Shown here piece by piece: positions 60,586 through 64,000 of a DNA stretch of 64,000 bases (its first letter is position 1; each line of letters begins with the position of its first letter). Position numbers and translations under genes: made by a program. Location of the stretch: positions 36,522 to 100,521 of the forward strand of contig NMRA01000894.1 in NCBI GenBank assembly GCA_002633005.1. The letters are read 5' to 3'. Under the pieces are notes generated by a model, which did not search any database, had not been told where the DNA came from, and saw only the letters and a list, made by a program, of their open reading frames with translations. This DNA is from Phoronis australis. Lineage: Eukaryota; Animalia; Phoronida.

Positions 60586-62242
60586 AGTGTTTACTCTTAG
60601 CCAATGCCGTTCGGTTTTACAACTCACTGTCGCGCGCGTTCGTGTAAATACTTCTTCACTGACCGGTTACGTGTCTGGGAGCGGTGAATCATTGCGGATC
60701 AAATCGCTGCTGAAATGTCGGCGATTGTGCAAGAACGAGCTGCCCAGCAACAGTCCAGTGAGACAGCGTCCTCCAGTGCAGCACCTGCCACTTTCAGGCA
60801 CTCGTAAGTTTGTCATTTGGACTATTCTCAACTAGTCTACATGCATGGCATTCAGCCCTTGGCTTAGTTAGGCCTACGGCCGGGGGGGGGGGTCACTCAT
60901 ATATTGACAAGGTGCCCGGGCAGGCGTGTACCAAAATTGCAGATAAGCAGTACTTTTTCAGCAAGGTTTTGTTATACAGGCACGGGATCCAATATGCCCC
61001 TAATCAATTAGCAGACCTGGTAGACTGCAACGGGGGGGGGGGGTGAGTTCTGTGGGCATTTAATTGTCATTGAGTGTCCCACGGGGCCTACTGACTTCAC
61101 TTACACTCGAGTGCTCCCCAATTGCGTACAGACTTAAAAATGTCGACGCTTGGAAGTGGGTTGGACAAGAATCAAAAGACTTCAGGGATACCAAGAAAGT
61201 GTAACACCCCAGTACTTTTAGATGTCAATAAACCTATTAAGAACAAGCTGATGTGAGCACTTGAGGATTGGGTCAGTCCAGCTGTATTACATCACTGTCA
61301 CAGTATCAAGAGTATTTCAAGTTCAATGCAGACCTGTGTGTTCAAATCTGAGCAGCCCCTAATAAATATATGTTTGAAGTGAGTTTCTACTGTTTCTACA
61401 TGAAGAAAATCCTATGTTGACACCCATTAATGTAAAATGGTTGGCTGCGCCTACGTGCTCAGGCTTCTGACGTTATCATTCTATAAATCATGATACCCAA
61501 AATATCAAAATTGGGGAGACAATATAAGTATATTTAATTTTTCTTTTTGAAAGTTTTTAACTGTTGTATTTAAAAAGTTTGTGATCATCACACGCGAGTA
61601 GGTTTTGAATTTTGAAACTGGCACAAAGAAGTGTGACTTACACAACCTAAAGGTTAAATGCCTTATAAATATATAAATACATGTGTTTTTGTATATGATT
61701 AGCTTAACATTCCTTATGTTAGCTTTATTAGCTAATAAGCCAATTGGTACCAGGTGCCCCTTCAGTCGGTAAAAAAATTGGAGTTTCTCGGTAAGTTTAG
61801 TTAATTCACGTGAATTTTGTAAAACAGCAGGTGATGACTGCTTTAGGTTTCAACTCGGGGAAATCCCAATGTCACATCTCCTACAGATAAAAACAATTTG
61901 CTTTGTCAAGTATTCATATTGGTAATTTGAGTAAAAAATCGTTGCTTAAAAATATCTATTAGAATGGTCATAAACTGCCCACTATAACATAGTGTGTTTG
62001 GCTTACTGATGTGCTTACGTAGATCTAAATCTGAGCCTTGTCAAGTGATAGGTTCATGTTTCACAGGCTCATATGGGATGTGAATTTACACTCTACTCTT
62101 GAAAAGCAAGTATGCCTCAGAAGCTAATGGCGCTTCAGACATTATTTCTGTCACTTGTCATCAAATGTGTGTGTATATTTCTGGTATAGATGGTGGTCTT
62201 TTGCCAATATTTTTAACAAATACGCATCTTTTCTGTTTTCAG

Positions 62243-62478
62243 ATAAAGGTGATGGAATCCTTTCTGACCTCCTCACCTTTGTGCCTGGTGCAGATCATAT
62301 ACCACCAAAGGGGTTTGATTGGAAAACCAATGTAGAGTTTTTTGACCAGACTCCTGGTGTGATGAGATATCCCTTTTCATCAACATGTTCCCTGAAGATG
62401 TAATTTCCAAGAGGTGTGGCAGATCCTGGCGAGTTTAAAGTGATGATGTCTCGTGCACTCACTGAGTCGTATGGATTT
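62243..62478 (+). pseudogene. HECT E3 ligase C-lobe pseudo-exon (G2E3-like)
   Basis: ttttcag| LSDLLTFVPGADHIPPKGF..YPFSSTCSLKM*FPRG..FKVMMSRALTESYGF. The HECT catalytic 'TC' motif is present, with an in-frame TAA at 62401-62403. Confidence 0.75.
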
Positions 62479-62479
62479 C

Positions 62480-63400
62480 CTTTCCGTATTTCAAGGTTAT
62501 CTTGTGCTTTTATTATGCAACCACCTATTGATATGTGTATGCATATTGCCAGTCTTCTCTGTCTGTGCATCCACTGATGCAATTCCTCCATTGCAGAATC
62601 TTTATGAGATTTGACAAATGTGTTCCTTGAAGATGACCACCAGGAATTGTTCACTGATCTGAGTACTGCTATGCCTCCTAGTGGCAATTTTATTTTTTTG
62701 TACTTGCGAAAGTTTTTGATGGATTTTCATAAAATTTCGCAAAAAGGTTTCAGTTCAGGAGACAATGAATTTGTGCCACCTTCTGTCCGTTTTTAAAATT
62801 TTCAAGTTTGTATTTGCCAATCCGATTGAAGGATCAATACGAAAATTTGCAGATGTGTGCCTGATGAGGTGAGGATGATGTTGATTTTCAGAAGGTTTGA
62901 TTTCGAAGGGGTTCCCTAGTGGAGATTTTTTTGTGTCTGTGGCTGTATTCCATTAACCCTATGCAAGAATTTTGTGTGAAACTTGGCATATGTTATTAGG
63001 AAATTGACAACAGATAATGACTAGTTTCCGAACAATCCAGATGATGGTAGCTTTTTTAGGTTTTCTCGTGTATTTTCATGATGGATTTCCATGAAACTTG
63101 GCAATTAGGTTTTTATTAAGGAGACAACAATGCCTTTCCATTTTCAGACAGATTTGACGTTTGCTGTGGGGCATAATGTTGATTTTTAAGTTTGGAGTCT
63201 GTTTTTAGTGTCAACCTCTATATCCACCAATCTACCAAAAATATTGTGAAAATTGCCAGATTTGTTTGTAATGAGAATGTGGCAGCTGACGTTAATGTTT
63301 GGACATGCTCGACTACGTTGTAGGTAATCCCTAGCGATTTTTTCCGCATGTATTGTCATTTTCTAAACCCTTTGAGGATCTTTGTATAATTTGGCAGAAT
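62480..63400 (+). mobile_element. Degenerate repeat related to the HINE at 18138-19368
   Basis: Shared CTAGTGGCAATTTTATTTTTT, GATTTTCATAAAA and GAAACTTGGCA motifs. Ends are approximate. Confidence 0.55.
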
Positions 63401-64000
63401 ATAGACCCTGAAGTTATTTGCAGAGTTGCTAATTTATAGTAATTTTGGTTAATAACTTTGACAGCAAAAGTAAGAAATCATGAATACTCATTGGAGTGTT
63501 AAAAGATCCAGTGTAAAGTTGTAATTGCATTTTCATGATTTAATCCAAAGTCGTCCTCGAAATAAAGTACGTACTTCTGAAACTCGAATGGCATTTATTA
63601 TGGAATAAATAATGATTCCAGAAAATTGAACTTAAACACGTTCTGCACTAATTTAAACATTCTTAGACATATAGGACATTCTCTACAGAGGTGTTCCTCA
63701 CAAAATGAACAATAATGATGTTAAATTCTTAAACAATGTGTTCGCGCACTTTCTGTCACTGGTGAAAAATTCACTTTCATTGAGTTAAATAACGTAAACG
63801 TTGGTGCACACAAAGGACAGACCTTTGTATTGGAAAAACATACTCGGTTGCAATACTACTTGATGTGTTTGGTTACTTTCAAGTGGAGCAGTGAAATGGT
63901 AAAACGAGAAAGGCAAGCAATGGCTACAAGGAGGTGGAGAAGTCACTATCGCACCAAAGTTCTGTGGTGTCACTTTGATATCGCAAACTGAAATGAAAAA

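Overview
Eukaryotic, AT-rich, intron-containing DNA, probably from an aquatic invertebrate (inferred from gene structure and transposon content), with assembly gaps at 11434-12119 and 51051-51077. Three multi-exon genes can be rebuilt by hand with consistent GT-AG phases: cystinosin (CTNS, +, 9 coding exons, 6657-19771, 418 aa), cobalamin chaperone MMACHC/CblC (-, 4 exons, 41042-35481, 242 aa) and a DBH-like copper monooxygenase (MOXD1-like, +, 11 exons, 47168-~60139, ~582 aa). The rest is transposon debris and minisatellites: a decayed CR1/L2-group LINE with a nested HERO-type LINE 3' end, a THAP-bearing Kolobok derivative, a Helentron-type non-autonomous element, several MITEs and a HECT pseudo-exon. 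Two observations stand out. (1) Directly after the stop codon of the HERO-type LINE lies a complete hammerhead-ribozyme catalytic core whose three strands are in a non-canonical, pseudoknot-requiring order (1368-1443, -). (2) MMACHC intron 1 holds a young 540-bp miniature LTR retroelement whose LTRs carry a tRNA-like Pol III promoter, with a tRNA-Ser PBS, a PPT and a 4-bp TSD (40224-40763). All calls were made by eye; no searches or folding programs were run.
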